This document shows, piece by piece, positions 62,911-64,000 of a stretch of 64,000 nucleotides of DNA (its first letter is position 1; every line of letters begins with the position of its first letter). The stretch lies in the NCBI GenBank assembly GCA_964270895.1, contig OZ185440.1. The stretch is one strand, 5' to 3'. Origin of the DNA: Podarcis filfolensis (Eukaryota). The position numbers and the translations under genes were made by a program. The notes under the pieces are model-generated. The model did no database searches and was not told the origin of the DNA. It saw only the letters and a program-made list of their open reading frames with translations.

Positions 62911-63081
62911 CACAATGTCTTCTGGGTATAAGTTGTCACTGAAGGAGCCATCGTCAAAGTTGACCTCATAAAAGGTTTCCTTGGTCAGATTGACCACTTC
63001 ACATTGGTAGAAACGCCCGTTCTTGTGCTTGCTGATCACTGCTTGCCCCACGGTAAGATCCTGAAGAGCAGCCTTGGCTCG
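62911..63081 (-). CDS. KDM4A: KDM4A exon (first Tudor domain)
   Basis: cag|CGA...GTG|gtatgc; 171 nt; RAKAALQDLTVGQAVISKHKNGRFYQCEVVNLTKETFYEVNFDDGSFSDNLYPEDIV. Confidence 0.98.
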
Positions 63082-63397
63082 CTGAAGAAAAAAGAAGAGC
63101 CATAGTCAAGATAAATAAAACTTCCAAGCTTATGGACCACTGATCAGGGAGCGAAGCACTTCCAATGCATTTTATGTCCAGGAAAGGTAAGATAACTTGC
63201 CCAAAGCTGTCAATTAACACAGAGCCCTAAAATGATATGCTCCTCCATTGAACAAAGGAGATCACTGTTTCCCCTCCCAAGCGCTATGTGTTTTGCTGGT
63301 GCTGCATGTCTTTGGATTCCTAACTATTTTCATCCCTGTATGGATATGCAAATGATTTTAACAGTTAAACCAAATCTATCAGCCTCCATGACCTTAC

Positions 63398-63586
63398 CTC
63401 TGCCTGGGATGGAATCTTGTGCCTGAAACAAGTAATGAAGACCACAAAAGGCCAATCATCCGGTTGCATCATGACTCCAGCTGCCTGAGCACAGCTGACA
63501 TGGAAGGATGTAGGACAGCGGCCATGAGAGCACTGCACGCAACAGCCAGCAGTTCTCTTCCGTCTCTTCTTGCAAAAAACACATTT
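63398..63586 (-). CDS. KDM4A: KDM4A exon (second PHD finger)
   Basis: cag|AAA...GAG|gtaagg; 189 nt; [63 protein letters not shown]; RRKRTAGCC and QPDDWPFVV fit KDM4A rather than KDM4B/C. Confidence 0.98.
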
Positions 63587-64000
63587 CTGTGAACAAACCA
63601 ATTTAGGGTCAACAGATTCAAGGAACATGACAACCAGAATGGACAGTGAGCCATATCAGCTTCAAATCTGGCTTGGATGCTACATTTTTAAAGTTGAGGT
63701 ACTGAAATAAGCACACTTTATATAGGACTGATTTAGAAATATTGAGACAGTTTTTCAAATGTTGTGGATATCTCCAAATTCCATATAAATGTTAACCATT
63801 TGCATCTTATGCTTACCTATGTATGTGAGCTTTGTAGTACATCAACTTTTGTTCAAGGGTTTGTCACAAAAATGGATGGACCATTAAACTCCTCATGAAT
63901 CATTTTTATTGGCTTATCAATTAGCTGTCCCTCCCTGGCAGTCTCCTCACAATTCTTACAGGGCTTTCCCTTCCTCAAATAATTGCTGAGAAATTATCAA

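Overview
Vertebrate genomic DNA; the repeat content points to a squamate, probably a lacertid lizard (inference from recalled repeat families). Two host genes lie in tandem on the minus strand, as in mammals. (1) The last five coding exons of KDM4A (second PHD finger, double Tudor domain, stop codon) at 60970-63586. (2) The 5' part of the sialyltransferase ST3GAL3: a CCAAT/GC-rich CpG-island promoter and putative first exon near 42.2-42.7 kb, the signal-anchor exon at 36046-36190 and a 48-nt stem-region exon at 10895-10942; the gene continues beyond position 1. The rest is intron or intergenic DNA rich in transposon debris: one full-length but inactivated Tc1 (DD34E) element, hAT and Tc1/pogo-type MITEs, CR1, L2, Rex1/Babar and Penelope-like fragments, tRNA-derived SINEs and microsatellites. 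Almost all ORFs in the supplied track are spurious. I found no clearly new multi-gene system. The best leads are an 18-bp perfect-stem hairpin in ST3GAL3 intron 1, a spliced uORF in frame with ST3GAL3, degenerate hammerhead-ribozyme cores in Penelope-like inverted repeats, and a fish-type Tc1 that may be a horizontal transfer. Family names come from recalled consensus sequences, not from database searches.
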